From: Cyanophora paradoxa CCMP329
Taxonomy: Eukaryota > Plantae > Glaucophyta
Direction of reading: 5' to 3'
DNA: 64,000 nucleotides
Assembly: GCA_004431415.1 (NCBI GenBank)
Contig: QPMI01000230.1
Location: 62,001-126,000, forward strand
Made by a program: the position numbers and the translations under genes
Shown: one piece after another, positions 45,100 through 58,090 of the stretch
Layout of the letters: each line of letters begins with the position of its first letter
Position numbering within the stretch: the stretch's first letter is position 1
The notes under the pieces: generated by a model
What the model saw: the letters and a program-made list of their open reading frames with translations, nothing else
The model's database searches: none
What the model was told of the DNA's origin: nothing

Positions 45100-45370
45100 T
45101 TAATTGTACGTATACATGTGCAGTCGACTTGAATTCGCATACGTGCAACGCCGCGGCCGTGCCCCGCGCGTACGCGTGCGCGTATGCATGCGCGCGCGCA
45201 CGCATGCGCATGCGCACGCACTCCCGGCCGGGCCCGGCCCGGTTTACGCCCCCGTCCCGTCTGCCGCAGTACCCGTCTATAGCTATAGCTTTACGCCCCC
45301 GTCCCGTGCTGCACCTGGATTCCTGCAGCTGCAGCGGATGCCGGACGACGTGCGTACGTACGTCGCGAGC
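45100..45370. repeat. Palindrome-chain block H
   Basis: TGTACGTATACATGT, GAATTC, CGCGTACGCG, ATGCATGC, GCATGCGCATGCGCA (45202), CTATAGCTATAGCT, CTGCAGCTGCAG, CGTACGTACG. TTTACGCCCCCGTCCCGT occurs twice. Confidence 0.8.
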
Positions 45371-45698
45371 GTTCCGGAAAGCCCCGGTGCGGTGTCGAAC
45401 TCGGGTCTTCGAAGAAGTCTTCCTCAGTTGCCACCTCGGATTCGCAGCTGCATCGCAACGCAGCTCGCACGGTGCAGCTCGAGAGAGCAAGCCAACAGGA
45501 CTTTGCAGCTCGCACATGGCCAGCTTCGGCAGCGCTGCCAGCTAATCATCGAAGCGCGCGCTCCGGGTGCGCGGCCGGTCCAGGGCCGCTTTAGAGCGTT
45601 CGAACGCTTCTTCTTAGAGCGAGAGCCGCTCTTAGCTCGTCAGCACCTGCCAGCAGGCCTAGCAGCCTCCGATTAGATCGCTCTGGCGAGCCTCTTTC

Positions 45699-48506
45699 AT
45701 GGGCATTGAAGAAGCGAGCATCGGGCAGGAGGCCCGCAAGCACCTCTTGCTCGTCGTGCATGGGTTCGTTCGACCCTGACCTGGAGCTGATTAAGCGCAC
45801 GGGGCCAAGCGCCTAATGGCGTTAGATAGCACTGCGGCCTCTTCGGCCCGTCGTGAGGTGTTGACCGGCTGCGCGGGCGCAGCGTCGGGAGTCAGGCCGA
45901 GGGCAAGGCCATGGGCTCGCCCATCAGCGTCTGCGCCTCCCGGCTACAGTCGACGATTGACCGGGCCGCGGGCCGCTACGGCTGCGCTCCGGAGGAGGTT
46001 TCCGTACGCTTCATCGAGTGGCACGAGCAGATACACAACCTATACGTGCGTTGATTCCATGCATGCCATCGCCTTCCCGCACTCAGCGTCGCTCGGCAGG
46101 ACGATGGCATGTGGGGCGGGGTGCGACGCAGCTCCCGGGGGCCGCTCGCTCGCGAAGCTCACGTGTCGCGCAGACGCTCACGACGGGAGTCAAGACCGTT
46201 AGGAACGCTCTGAACGGTCCGCGAGCAACGCGCACGCCGCTTGCCCCGCTGCGCGCCGACCGGCCGCCGGCGCCCGCAGACAAGCTGGCGGACTGCTTCA
46301 TGTTCATGTCGGCGCACTTCGGAGGCCTCATCCTCCGCACGGTTAGCCTCTTCTCCAGCTGTTGCGCACGAGTCTCCTGAGAAACCAGCTGCGCCTCGAA
46401 CGCCAGGTGGTCCGCCTCCTCAACGAGGCGTACGCGGCGTTCCTCGCCGAGGCACGGGCGGCCGAGCCGGGCGCCCCGCGGCCCCTCGTCTCTGTCTTCG
46501 CCCACTCGCTGGGCAGCCTCATCATGTTCGACGTCCTCAGCGGTGCGCCGGGCCCCTCGCACTCTTCGGGCGCCGCTCCGGGCGAGCGGGCGCGGGCGCG
46601 CGGACGGCAGGGCGGAGCGTGATCGACCGGCGGGACGGCCCGATGGCAGTGCCCCCGCTGGACTTCGAGGTGGACACCCTCTTCCTCGTCGGCTCCCCCA
46701 TCGGCGCCTACCTCTCCCTCAACGGCTCCCCGCTGGGTACCCCTCTCCCCGGCTTCGATCCCCCATCCCCCTTCCCTCCGAACGCGTACCGCAGGCTACG
46801 CGAAGGTTCCCCACCTCTGCCGCCGCATGTACAACCTCTTCCACCCGCACGACCCCGTGGTCCGCGATCCCGTTACCGCCTCCCGCCGTGCGTGGGGCGA
46901 CGTATCCCCCCCGCAGGCGTACCGCTTCGAGCCGTGGCACGACCGGGCGTACAAGGATGTGCCGCCGGTGCTGGTGGAGCACCACGAGGGGGACCTGCGC
47001 GTGCACTACCGCATCCGCGCCCTCAGCGAGGACCTCCGCATCCGCATCCAGCTCATGCGCAAGGGGTACACCCCTCCCCCGCCGCCCCCGCCGCCCCGCG
47101 CCCCCGGCCGGCTCGAGCGTCGGCGCAGGTTCCACGAGTCGCTCGAGGAGGGGAAGCGGAAGATGGAGAGCTGGCTGAAGACGCCGCGGGGCGGGCCCGA
47201 GGGCGCCCCGGGCCGCCGCATGGCGAGCGAGCGCCCCGGCCGCGCGGCCCAGCGCCAGCAGCGCCGCCGGCGGGCCGCCTCCGCCGACCCCGCCTCCCTC
47301 CGCTCCCCGCCGGCGGGCGCTCCGCGGACGGGGCGGGCGGGCGGATGGCGGGCGGCGCGGGGGCGGGGCCTCGCGTGCAGCTCCGCTGACCTGGAGGCGC
47401 TGGCGCGGGTGGAAGCGGAGAGCAGCCGGGGCGAGAGCGGGGCGAGAGCAGCAGCGACGCCGGCGCAGAGAGCGACACGGAGGGCGAGGCCCCCGCCCCC
47501 GCCCCCGCCCCGGCGATGCCGGTGCCGGTGCCGATGCCGGTGCCGGTGATGGCGCTGCAGCGGAAGGGGCGGGTGGCGTCGCTGCGCATCGGGGCGGCCG
47601 CCATGCGCCGCAGCCGCTCGGCCGTCGACATCGAGTGGCTCGGCCAGGAGGCCGCCCCCCCGCAGGCCGGCCCCGCCTCGGTGCCGCCCGCCCCCGCCCT
47701 CCCGCATCTCAGCCCGGCTCTGACGCCGGCCCCCGCAGGGCCCCCCTCGCCCTCCGCGACGCGCCGCTCCTCGCAGGAGCACGACAAGGGCGGGAGCGCC
47801 GCCTCGACCCGCGCGCCGGCGCCGCCCACGCCGCCGGCCGGGGCCGCGGGCGGCACCACGGCCGGCGGAGGCGGCGGCGCGCGTGGTCGCTGGACGCGGC
47901 GCTGCGGGACCGGCGGCTCCTGCAGGCGGCCTCCGCCGTGGACCAGGAGCTCATGCGGGGCGCCCCGCTCCGCGACTCGATCAAGTCCGCCAAGTCCGGC
48001 GGCCCCGGCCCCGGGTCGGGGGCGGACCGGGCCGAGGCGGGATGCGGCGGCACCGGCTCCCCGCGCTACGACTTCGTGCTGCAGGAGACGCCGCTGCAGA
48101 ACATCAACGAGTTCTTCGGCCTCATGCAGTCCCACTTCAGGTCCCCCCCGCTTCTTCCGTTCTTCGTCTTCCTCCTTTTCCTTGCGCCTGACGCGCTGCC
48201 AGCTACTGGGAGGACCCCGACGTGGCGAACTTCATCCTGCAGCGCCTCTTCTCGGGGGGCGGCGCCCTCTCCGACGGCCCCGCCACCGCCCGGCTCCTCC
48301 AGGCGCCGCCCGGCGAGGTCGCCTCCTCCGGCGCCTCCGCCTCGGCCTCGACGCACGAGAGCGACACGGGGACTGACAGCGACGGGCGCGAGGCCGCCGC
48401 CTCCCTCCGCTCCAAGCTCACCGCCCTCGAGAAGCAGGACGCCGACTGGGCGGCCCGCATGCGCGCATTCCTCAGGGACCTCTTCCCCACCCTCTTCGAC
48501 GAGTAG
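45699..48506 (+). CDS. DDHD-domain phospholipase A1 (PA-PLA1-like); multi-exon, start uncertain
   Basis: HLLLVVHG|VG, FIEW, VSVFAHSLGSLIMFDVL (lipase motif), LDFEVDTLFLVGSPIG, YNLFHPHDPV|AYRFEP, RYDFVLQE..QSHF|SYWEDPDVANFIL. Confidence 0.9.
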
Positions 48507-48923
48507 CTCGATACCTTTTCTCCTTCTGCTCGTGCTTCTTATCCGTGCAGCCTATTTTATTGTTCTCAGCTCGCGCTTTCTTGCAGTTGTTCTTTTTCAT
48601 GCGGACTTCGTCGAAGAAGGCCCGAGTTCTTTATACGAATGCCTAGACCGTTGATATTGAGCTAGGTGATGTAGAGGTCTTTCCGATGATGGAAAGATGT
48701 TATGTTGCGCAACCGGCACCAGATCGATTTCCCCGCCTTGGAATCGGTCCCGCCGCAGCCCGCGGCAACCGCATGCGCAGGAACGAAAAGAGCGTAACTA
48801 AGGGATTCAATCCAAGGAAAGAGGAGGAGGACAGGCGTGCTAAGGCGAACGATGGGATCTACGGTACGACGGGGACAGGAAGGAGCGCGCGAGATTACCG
48901 CGCCCGAAACAGCGCCGAAGCGC

Positions 48924-49788
48924 TTAACGGCCAGTGCTGGCCTGGTACTCCTTGCACGGGTACTTGGGAGACTGCGCGCGAGGGAGATCGTGAGCAAAGG
49001 GTCAAAACGCGTCTTGGGAGGGCAAGTACCTTGGTGGTCAGAATAATAGCGACGATAAGGCCGTACAGACCCAGCGCCTCGGCGAAAATGAGAATAAGAA
49101 TCATGCCGACGAAGAGCTTGGGCTGCTGGGCCGCGGCGCGGACACCCGCGTCACCGACGATGCCGATAGCCATGCCGGCGGCGAGACCAGAGAGACCGCA
49201 GCAAAGACCCGAGGCGAGGTGAGCGAAGCCAATGTAAAGCGGGTACTGATCCTCCTTGACTGCGCGTCGAGGATCGTGTGAGGCGGTGAGGAGGCCATTT
49301 CGCGGGGCGGGGCGTCGAAAAGCGAAACGCACTGCTGGAACCGATGATGACAGCAATAATCAGACCGTAGATACCGAGCACACCAGCCATGACAACGGGA
49401 ATGATGGAACGCATCACGAGCTCAGGGCGCATCACACCCATCGACGCGACACCGACGCCCGACTTCGCCGTCCCGTACGCGGCACCGAGGTCTGCGAAGC
49501 GAGAGTTCGTTGGCTGCGTTCGGGCGATGTGGCGGGGACTATGCGAAGAGTCGCTCAAACATCCCGAGGGGACGCGCGTGCTGGGGCAGCTGGGGGCTAG
49601 GAGCGACTCACTGGCAAAGATAAGGGCCGACGCGGCGCCCATGAAGCCGAAGAAGAAGCTCTGACGCCGGGGTCAGGGTTCGATGGGCGATGGTCGGGCG
49701 AGGATTCGCTACGCGGATTCACCGATTGGGGGCACGAGATCGCCACCGCCCCTGCGGGCTCGGCCGCGGCAAGCAGGATGGAGGCCAT
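48924..49788 (-). CDS. VHA-c: V-type H+-ATPase 16-kDa proteolipid subunit c; 5 exons
   Basis: [104 protein letters not shown]. Confidence 0.97.
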
Positions 49789-49921
49789 TTTCTTTGTTCC
49801 TCGGTTTTGGAGGGTGTACCCGGGCGGAGAGGTTGGCCGTACCCGGCCGGGCCGAGCACTTGAACTTGCGAGCGCGGGTCGCCGGTAGAAAGCGCCGGTC
49901 CAGCTCAGTTAGCAGAGGTAG

Positions 49922-52900
49922 ATGATGCCGCGGGGCCCCGGCCCGCCGCGCGTGGCCGGACTGGTCCTCGTGGCGCTCCTCGTGTGCATCATGCGGGCGC
50001 ACGGCCAGCTGCAGGGCGGCGCGGAGGAGGAACCCTTCCACCGCTGCGAACACAGCGAGCGCGCAACGCGAGTGCAGCTCGTCGACGCGGCTCAGCAGTA
50101 CGAGCTCCAGTCCGAGGCCCCCGCCGGCGGGCGGCGGCTGCTGCAGGCGACCACGTGGAAGCCGCTCCGACTAGTTGCAGGTGCAGCACGCCGCCCTTGG
50201 ATGCTCGCGCTGCAGCTGCCGTGGCTCGAGGGAGAGCGTGAGCTCGCTCTCCGCAGACTTCCGCTACCTGAAGTCCGCGGACGCTGCCTTCCGGAGTCTG
50301 ATCCAGGTATGACGTTCGTAATCTGCAAGCCGCCCCGGCGCTCGCTGACCGCGCTTCAGACCAAAGTGGCGAGCCACGCCTCCACGTGTTACGCGGCGGG
50401 AGACCGCACCTGAGACGTGTACGCGGCGCAGGTCCCCGAGGCGATTAAGCGGTTCTCGGCGATGCTGAGGACGGTGCCTGTCAGCGGGAACCTGAAGCTG
50501 CAGTGCGCCCGGCGCTTCGTCGCGACGGGCGCATGCGTCCCCAACCGTGCGCTGCATACGAAGCCCCGGAGAGCCGCGCACATAAAGAAAAACAATTTTG
50601 TAGCGGGCCTGAGAAGCGTGCAGAGGGACCCACGATGTGCGGGGACCTCGAAATTCCCCAGGACCACATCGACTTCGGTGCGCGCTCGCCGCTGCTCGCC
50701 GCCCCTCAGCAGCCGCGCCCCGCGTGCATCGAGCCGGATGCGCAGGGGTACCGAACGCGGACGTGATCCTCTACGTGACAGCCACCGCGGAGACGTCGCG
50801 TACCCTCCTCGCGTACGCGGCGTCCTGCCAGCGCGACCAGAAGGGGCGGCCCATCGCCGGGTGCGCGTTCCCTCGCCGCGCCGGCCGCGCATCCCCCTGA
50901 GACCTCCCCGCGCCGCCCCCAGGATAATCAGCTTTAACACGAACTCGGCGGGGCTCCAGAGCGCGAGCGCCGCCGAGCAGAAGCTCACGTACACGGCGGT
51001 GCCGCTCCCGGGGCTGGGCCGGAGGGGGGTAGCGCAGCGCCGAGCCCCCGCGCAGCTCCACGAGATCACGCACGTGCTCGTGTTCTCGGAGTCGCTGTAC
51101 CCCTTCTTCCGCACGTCCTCGGGGAACACGGTCGGGCAGGCGCGCGCCCTCTCCGCCGCCGGCCGGGGCACTCTACCCCCCCGCCGAACGCTCAGCCCGC
51201 CGGCAGGTCACGCGGCAGTTCAACGAGCGCGGCAAGGTCGTCACGAAGATCGTCACCCCGAAAGGTCGGGGGCGGCGGCGGGCGGGGGGGGGGCCCGGCC
51301 GGCCCCCGCCGACCCCCGCTGGCAGTGCTGCAGGCGGCGCGGGCGCACTTCGGCTGCACTACGCTCAACGGCGCCGAGCTCGAGGATCAGGCGCGCCTCC
51401 CCGCATCCCGCCCCGCCGGCGCCCCTGCGCCCTGGAGCGACCCGTGCCGCCCCGCAGGGCGGGACGGGGACGGCCGGCTCCCACTGGGAGGCGGTGCGCC
51501 CCCTCTCCGGCCCCCAGCGCCCTTCCCCTCGTCGAGGCAGCCGCGTCGCAGCGCGTCCTCCTCAACGAGCTGATGGCCGGAGAGCTCCAGCACCGCCCCA
51601 AGTTCTCCGGCGCGCCCCTCCCCGCCCCCGCGCCCGTCCCTTGCCTCCCATCATCCCCCGCGCAGCCATCACCCTCGCTTTGTTCCAGGATTCCGGGTGG
51701 CGCGCCCCTCCCTCCCCGCCGTACCCCGCGAGGGCCGCTGGATCTGATCCGCCACCGCGCAGGTACCTGCCCGACTACACGGCGGCCGACCCGCTCTACT
51801 GGGGCCGCAACGCCGGTGCGCCATCCCCCGCGCCTCCCTCGCGGGGCCCGAGCGGGGCGCAGGCTGCCCGTTCGCCCTGGAGCGGTGCATCGCGCAGGGC
51901 GCCTCGGGCCCCGTCTCCGTCTCCGCCCCCCACTTCTGCTCGTCCGCCCGGCCCCCGCCCCCCGGCCCTCCTCCCCGCTGAAGTGCAGCGCCCCCGGCCT
52001 GCAGGACGCCGTCGTCCACGGGGTGCAGCCTGGACGGGACGGCCGTCTCCTTCTGCGAGTTCTCCTCCTACAACCGCATCCCCGCCAGCTTCCAGGTGCC
52101 GTACCCCCACCCTAGCTCCTCCCCCCCTCCCCGCGCGTCATCGCCTCCGACCGGTGTGCGTTGCCGCTTGTACGCAGTACTTCTCCGATCCCGTCGTCGG
52201 TACCCCGAACCCGAACCCATACCCGCGCCCCCGTGCCCCCGCCGGGTTCCAGCGCATCCCGCAGGCGGCTCGGTCCAGAACGCCGACTTCTGTCCTGTAT
52301 TCGTGCGGCGGGTCCCCCCTCCGTGGCTCCCGCGCTCGGCGACCCGGCGGCGGGGCGCAGCTGACGTCGGAGACGTCGGACTGCCGGACGGGGGCGGGGT
52401 CGTCGAACGCGGCGGTCTTCGGGGAGACCTGGGCCTGCCCCGAGTGCCGCTGCTTCCCCACCTCCCTCCTCCGCTCCGGCCTCGTCTCCTCCTCCCGGTC
52501 CGCCCGCCCCCGCCCCCGCCCCACCCTTCCGTGTGAGCCTCACCCCTCGTCTCCCTCGCAGGCGCTCGCACGGCTGGTACCGTTGCCCCTCGCCCGGCCG
52601 GCAGCGCCCGGCGCCTCACGCCGCCGCGCAGCTTCCAGTTCCGCTGCCTGGAGCTCCCCGGCGGGGGGTACAACCTCACTGTCCTCCTCCCCCCCGCCTC
52701 CTCCGCCGCGGGCGCCCCCTCCGTCGCCTGCCCCCCCGCCGGCGGCCCCGTCTCCGTCCCGGGGTACTCGGGCACCCTCACCTGCCCCAACGCCACCGAC
52801 GTGCCCGCGCCCCGCGCCCCTCCTCGCCCCCTCCGCCCCTCTCGGCTTCGAACCCGCGCGTCCCCGCAGGCCTGCGCGGCGGGGCCCTCGCCCGGGGCCG

Positions 52901-53854
52901 GCCTCACCGACTGCCCCGGCGCCTGCTCCGGTACCCCGCTTCCCCGCGCTCGCCTCCCGGTCCTCACTCGCCGTCGGGCGGCAGGCCACGGCATCTGCAT
53001 CGACGCGGTCTGCCGGTCCGCGCCCCCGCCCTGCTTCCTCCCAGTGAGCGCCCCTCCGAGCGGCGCGGGGCGCAGGTGCGACGAGGGGTACGAGGGGGAG
53101 GAGTGCGGGCGGCGGGCGTGCCCGGCCTCGTGCCGGGCGCCCAGCGGGGCCTGCGACGGGGCCACGGGCGCCTGCGTCTGCGCCCCCGGCTTCACCGGCG
53201 CAGACTGCTCCAAGGGTCCGACGCCCTGCGGGGCGCCTCCTCTCCCGCCCTCGCCGCCCCTCTCACGCCTGCGCGGCAGACTCCTCGGCGGTGCTCGTGC
53301 CGGGCCTCCCGCAGCTCTTCCCCCTCCAGCCCGCCGCATCCACCCGCTTCCTCCGCCTTCCCCCGCCCCCGGGCCCCGCCGCCTCCCCGCCCCTCCCCGC
53401 CTCCCTCCTCCTCCGCGCCCTCCGCGGCCGCCTCCGCGTCCTCGCCGCCGCCTCGGCGGCCGCGGTGCGCTCGGGCAACGCGACGGACCCCGCGCTGCTC
53501 GCCACCTTCGAGCTCGACGCCGCCGCGGGGCCCCGGGAGGTGCTCGTGCCCCCCGGGGCGGGCCCCGCGGGGTTCGCGCCCCTCTACCTCGCGGCCGCCG
53601 CCCTCCCCGGCACCCCGGAGCCGCCCCTCCTCCTCGTCAACGCCACCCTCGCCTGCGACGGCCCCGCCTGCCCCGCCACCGGTGCGCACGCGCCCCCCTC
53701 TCCCGTGACGTCGGCATCGCTGACCGCGCGGCGCCTGCCAGCCGCGTGCCCGCTCTACTGCTCCGGGCGGGGTACGTGCGATCCTCTCTGGAGGCAGTGC
53801 GACTGCGAGCAGGGGTACAAGGGCCTCGACTGCGGCGACGCGGACCCCCTGTGA
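49922..53854 (+). CDS. Secreted leishmanolysin/GP63-like zinc metalloprotease (M8) with C-terminal EGF-like domains; many exons
   Basis: Signal peptide. ADVILYVT, AYAASCQRDQKGRPIAG, LHEITHVL (HExxH), IVTPK|VLQAARAHFGC, GAELEDQ|GGTGTAGSHWE, NELMAG, TLALFQDSGW|Y, DFCP. EGF-like CDEGYEGEEC, CVCAPGFTGADC, CDCEQGYKGLDC. Confidence 0.92.
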
Positions 53855-53927
53855 GCACCCGCCCCGCAACCCCCACCCCCCGCCAACTCCGAACCTGCCC
53901 AAATGTACACCATGTAATCTACTAAGC

Positions 53928-54826
53928 TTACTCTACAAATAACAACAATCCTAAACGTTGGCTATGGCGGGCAAACTTGCAGTTGAAAGGACGCGGGGAA
54001 TCAGGAGCAGGCGCAGCAGAAGTCGAGGAACGATTTCTCCCTCTGCGCGTGGGCAGTGCAATCAGGCCCCTGCTCGCTGGGTGGAGCGGGCTTTCAAAAA
54101 TCCGCGATAGCTCGTTCTGAGTGGCGGGGCGGACCGGGGCCTCGTGGGGGGCCTTCCTGCGGGTGGCGCGCTCGAGCTCGGCCTCACAGAAGTCGCGCAG
54201 CTCGAGCAGCTGGAAGCGGTCCGCCGCCAGCAGCACCTCCAGCAGCGTCCCCAGCGCCTGCCCCCGCCCCGAGCTCTCAGCGCGCCGAGAAGACGTTCAA
54301 GGGAAGCGGAGGCGCGCCAGGGTGCGGCCGTCGGCGAGGGTTCCGTGGTAAAGGTAGATGAGGACGATCTCCATCACCTGCGCGGCTCCGGGTCTGTGTG
54401 CGCCCGGCCGGCAGCGCCCACGGCCGCGGTCGATTTGATTCGGGAGCGTTAACGTTTAGCTAGCTTAGCTACACGCCGCCGTGGCGCGCATCATGCGACT
54501 GGGCGAAGATAGTTACGAAGTGACCCCCGCGTCTAACGGCCGTGTAACTGCCGTGTAACTGCCGCAGATCCAGAGCGCATGTTGCGCACGTCAGATGTGA
54601 TCTCCTCGACGACGATGCGTCCCGCGTGGTTCTCATTCAGGATCGCTCTGAACGCCGGGCTGCGCGACGCGAGGACGTGCCTGTGGGCCGGCAGCGACCC
54701 GCCGTCCGCGGCCGTGAAGACCTCCAAATCGTAGCGCCCCCCGTGGAAGCCGCTGAATGGAGACTGCACGCCCCGGAGCGGACTGCTCGCTTCGTGATGC
54801 GCCGCTTGCGGGCGCCTGCTCAGCAT
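53928..54826 (-). CDS. BTB/POZ-domain protein; 3' end uncertain
   Basis: DLEVFTAADGGSLPAHRHVLASRSPAFRAIL..IVVEEITSD|VMEIVLIYLYHG..|LLEVLLAADRFQLLELRDFCE. Confidence 0.85.
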
Positions 54827-54993
54827 TGGCGGGACCTGTGGTCCTGAGGCGTGCTGGCTGTGCCTGAGGGGGGGTAGAGAGGCCAGGCGTTGATAGCAGC
54901 GGTGCCAGCGGATAGCTCCGCGTTCGGCTATTCGCCGGCGTGCTCGGCTCGGAGTTGTCTGGGGCTGCATCTGCAGCGGCGCGTGTCGAAGAA

Positions 54994-57296
54994 ATGCAGC
55001 CCGGAGGCGCGGGCGTCCGCTCGGCCCTCGTCGCGGCGCTCCTCGTCGCGACGCTCCTGCCGCTGGCGTCGGCGGGCATGACGATGAACATGACGGCGCC
55101 GGCCGCGACGACGGTGATCGCCGAGGCCTGCGTGGCGAACCCCTCGATGGCGTCGTGCGCGTCCTTCCAGCTCCCCTCGTCCGCCGTCGCCGCCGACTCG
55201 ACGAGCCTCTGCTCCGCCATGGATTTCATGTGCGCCGCCCGCTGCCCGCCGCCGCCGCCGGCCGCCCGCCGGCGCTCAGCCGGCCCGGCCGCAGGGTCGG
55301 CTGCTCGATCAAGAAGGCGTGCGCGAAGGGCGCCGGGGGCAGCGCCGCGGCGGCCCCGGGAGGCATCTGCAGCGGCATCAGCGCCGTCTCCCACACGTGC
55401 AGCAACGACGGGCGCGCCGGCCGCCGCCCCACCGGCCGCCTCGCCTCGCTCAACCGGCGGCGGCGCGCAGGACGATGCGGATGATGCAGGGCTGCGCCAA
55501 CTGGAACGCCATGTGCGCCGCCGGCTCGGCCGTCCAGCAGGTGCCGCCTCTGTCTCGCTCGCCGCGCCTCGGCTGCTCTCTGAGGCGCGGCCCGGGCGGC
55601 AGTGCACGGAGGCGAAGGCGGCGACGAGCATGTTCCCGACGACCGAGCAGGTCAACGAGCGCGTCCAGGTCCCATCCCCCGCCCCCCCGCTGCCCCGCCC
55701 GACCGCACCGCGGGGCCGACCCCGCTCGCAGGGCATCTGCAGCGAGATGAGGATGGTCCGTGCCGCGGCCTCGCTGCCCGCGGCGCCGGGGGCCACCGGC
55801 CGCCGGGGCCGCCCCGCCGACGCCGACGCCGGGGCCGCGGGGCGCAGGACGGGTGCGAGAAGTGCGCCCCCGTCGGCAAGTGGCTCCAGTGCGACATCCA
55901 GGCCGTCTACGGCCAGGTCCGCGCGCCCCTCCGCTCGGCGTCGCCCGCCTTCGAGCGCAGCCCCCGCGCAGCTGTGCTCCGCCATGCCGAACATGAAGCA
56001 GTGCGACCTGTGGTGCGCCCCCCCCCCCCCCCTCGCTTCGGGCCCGGATCCCGACGGGTCCACCCCAGGAGCGCGACGTGCGGGAAGCTCACGGGCGACT
56101 GGACGCCGATCGGCTGCCCCGCCCCCGCCGGCTCCGCCTCGATCAGTACCCCCGCCCCCTCCATGATCATGTACTTCCACGTGCGCGTACCCCTCCGCCG
56201 CCTTTCCGTCGCCGGTTCGAATCGCGGCGGGGCAGGCCGGGATCAACGAGTACATCCTCTTCAAGAGCTGGGTCCCCAAGACCGACGGCGAGATGGTGCG
56301 CCCTCCCCCCAAACCCCCACCCCCGTGCTGCCGTACCCCTCCCAATTCCCCCCCCCCCCAGGTGGGGGCGTGCGTGGCGGTCTTTCTGCTGGCGATGACG
56401 TACGAGCTCCTGAACAACGTGCGGCCCCTCGCCGAGCGCAAGGTACCCCCCTCCCTCCCCCCACCGCTCCCCTTCGGGCCGCGCTGAGACCCCTCGCCCT
56501 TCGCCCCCGCGCAGGTCGCCGCCCGCCGCCGCGCGCGCGCCCTCGCCGCCGCCTGCGGCTCCGGCTCCTGCCCTCCCCGCACGGCGCGCCGCCCCCGCCC
56601 GCCGATCCCCCGCGCCGCCCTCCCTGACGCGAGGGGCCCCGCAGACGACGCAGTGGTTCGTGGCGCAGCCGTCGGGGGCCTCCCCCGAGGCCGGCGCCGC
56701 CGTCGTGCCGGGCCAGGGCCCCCCCGTCCTCTCCGGCGTCAGCGTGGCGCGCCCCTCGCCGCCCCGCCCCGCCCCGCCCCCGCGCACACGATCTGATTGC
56801 TCTCCCACGCCCCGCAGGTCTCGGAGCCGTGCCCGTGCTCCCCGGCGGCGCAGCAGGCGGCCGGGGGCGCCTCGCCCGTGGTCCTCTCGAGCCCGACCCC
56901 CGTCAAGGGCGCCCCCGCCTTCGCCCTCCCCGTCAAGCGGTGCGTCAGGCGGCCTGCAATTCGATTCGCGTCGAAGTCGAAGCCGGTGGCGCAGGACGGC
57001 CGGCGACGCCCTCGCCGACGCGGCGATGCGATTCGTCTTCCGCCTCCTCACCGCCGGCATCGGGTGGGCCCCCGCCGTCCTCGCCGGGCGACCCGCGCCC
57101 GCGCCGAAGGTACCCCCGCAGGTACCTCTGCATGCTGGTCGCGATGACGTACAACGGGGCACTCTTCTGCATGGTAATCGCGGGGTACGCGTTCGGCGGC
57201 GCCCTCTTCGGCTGGCTCCCGGGGTACGGCCTCGAGGAGGGCCCCGCCAAGGGGGGGGAGGTCGCCCCCGCCCCGGCCGAGGACTGCTGCTCCTAG
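54994..57296 (+). CDS. Ctr/COPT-family copper transporter with long Cys/Met-rich extracellular N-terminus; multi-exon
   Basis: Signal peptide. Four C-x2/3-M-x1/2-M-x2-C-type motifs (CSAMDFM|VGC, MRMMQGC, CSEMRM|DGC, CSAMPNMKQC). PSMIMYFH..YILFKSWVP. TM2 YLCMLVAMTYNG (MxxxM), TM3 AGYAFG (GxxxG). C-term EDCCS. Confidence 0.9.
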
Positions 57297-57429
57297 GGGC
57301 CCGCCCGGCCCTGCGCACGCCAGCGGCTTCTTATTCTTCAGAGTTTATTGTTTTTGTTCTTGTTGGCTAGATCGCCAGTTAGCAGGCGCCCAACCCGCGG
57401 CAGCCCAGCCAGGAGGCGCCCCGGTGGAA

Positions 57430-58090
57430 TTCAGTCTAGCTCAGTCTACAGTACCGTAGTAGTAGTACGTCGTATCATGATCATTCTCTCGTGTCCTTTT
57501 TGCTTCGATATTGTAGCCTCAATTTATATTGGCACTGGAAATTATGGCGCCTGCTGAAATCGATTCCCCTGCCCTCCGGCTCGCGATCGTTCAACGGTTC
57601 CCTCCCCCCCTGCCTCATGATCACGGCATTTCAGCCGGCGAGCTCCGATTCAGTTTGCACGAGACGCCACAGTGTGCAGGCCAGACCGTCGGACTCTGAG
57701 AGTGCACCGCCGAGTCGGAGCTCGAGCTCGAGCCTTAAGCCTGCTCAGTAGCTGATCATGAGCCTCGGAGCGATCGAGACGTCGATTTTTGATGCGTATG
57801 TGACTCTGTGAACTGAGAACTCGAACGGTCCGCCGCCCCGGCCGCTCGAATTCATGATTCGAACGTCAACTTGCCAGTTGCTTCGCGAATATTAATCGGA
57901 TCCGATGATCCGAAATTCAAGCTTCAAGGCTTCGCGAATTATTCGCCGTCCGGCCCGCCGCGCCGGCCCGCCGGCGGATCGCTATCGGAGCCCGCTCGAC
58001 CGTCGAGTTCAGCCTGACAGTTATACTTCGAAAACACGTTCATGTACACGTTCGATCATAGCAGAGCTCAAACTCGCCGAGTCATGGTTT
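57430..58090. repeat. Palindrome-chain block I
   Basis: GTATCATGATCAT, TCGCGATCG, GAGCTCGAGCTCGAG, TGATCATGA, TCGAATTCATGA, TTCGCGAATATTAAT, GGATCC, AAGCTT, TGTACA, between convergent genes. Confidence 0.75.

Noticed and set aside
45104-45676. 190-aa ORF upstream of the DDHD gene
   Set aside because: It starts inside a palindrome block and has no recognisable domain or convincing codon bias. I cannot exclude an upstream exon.
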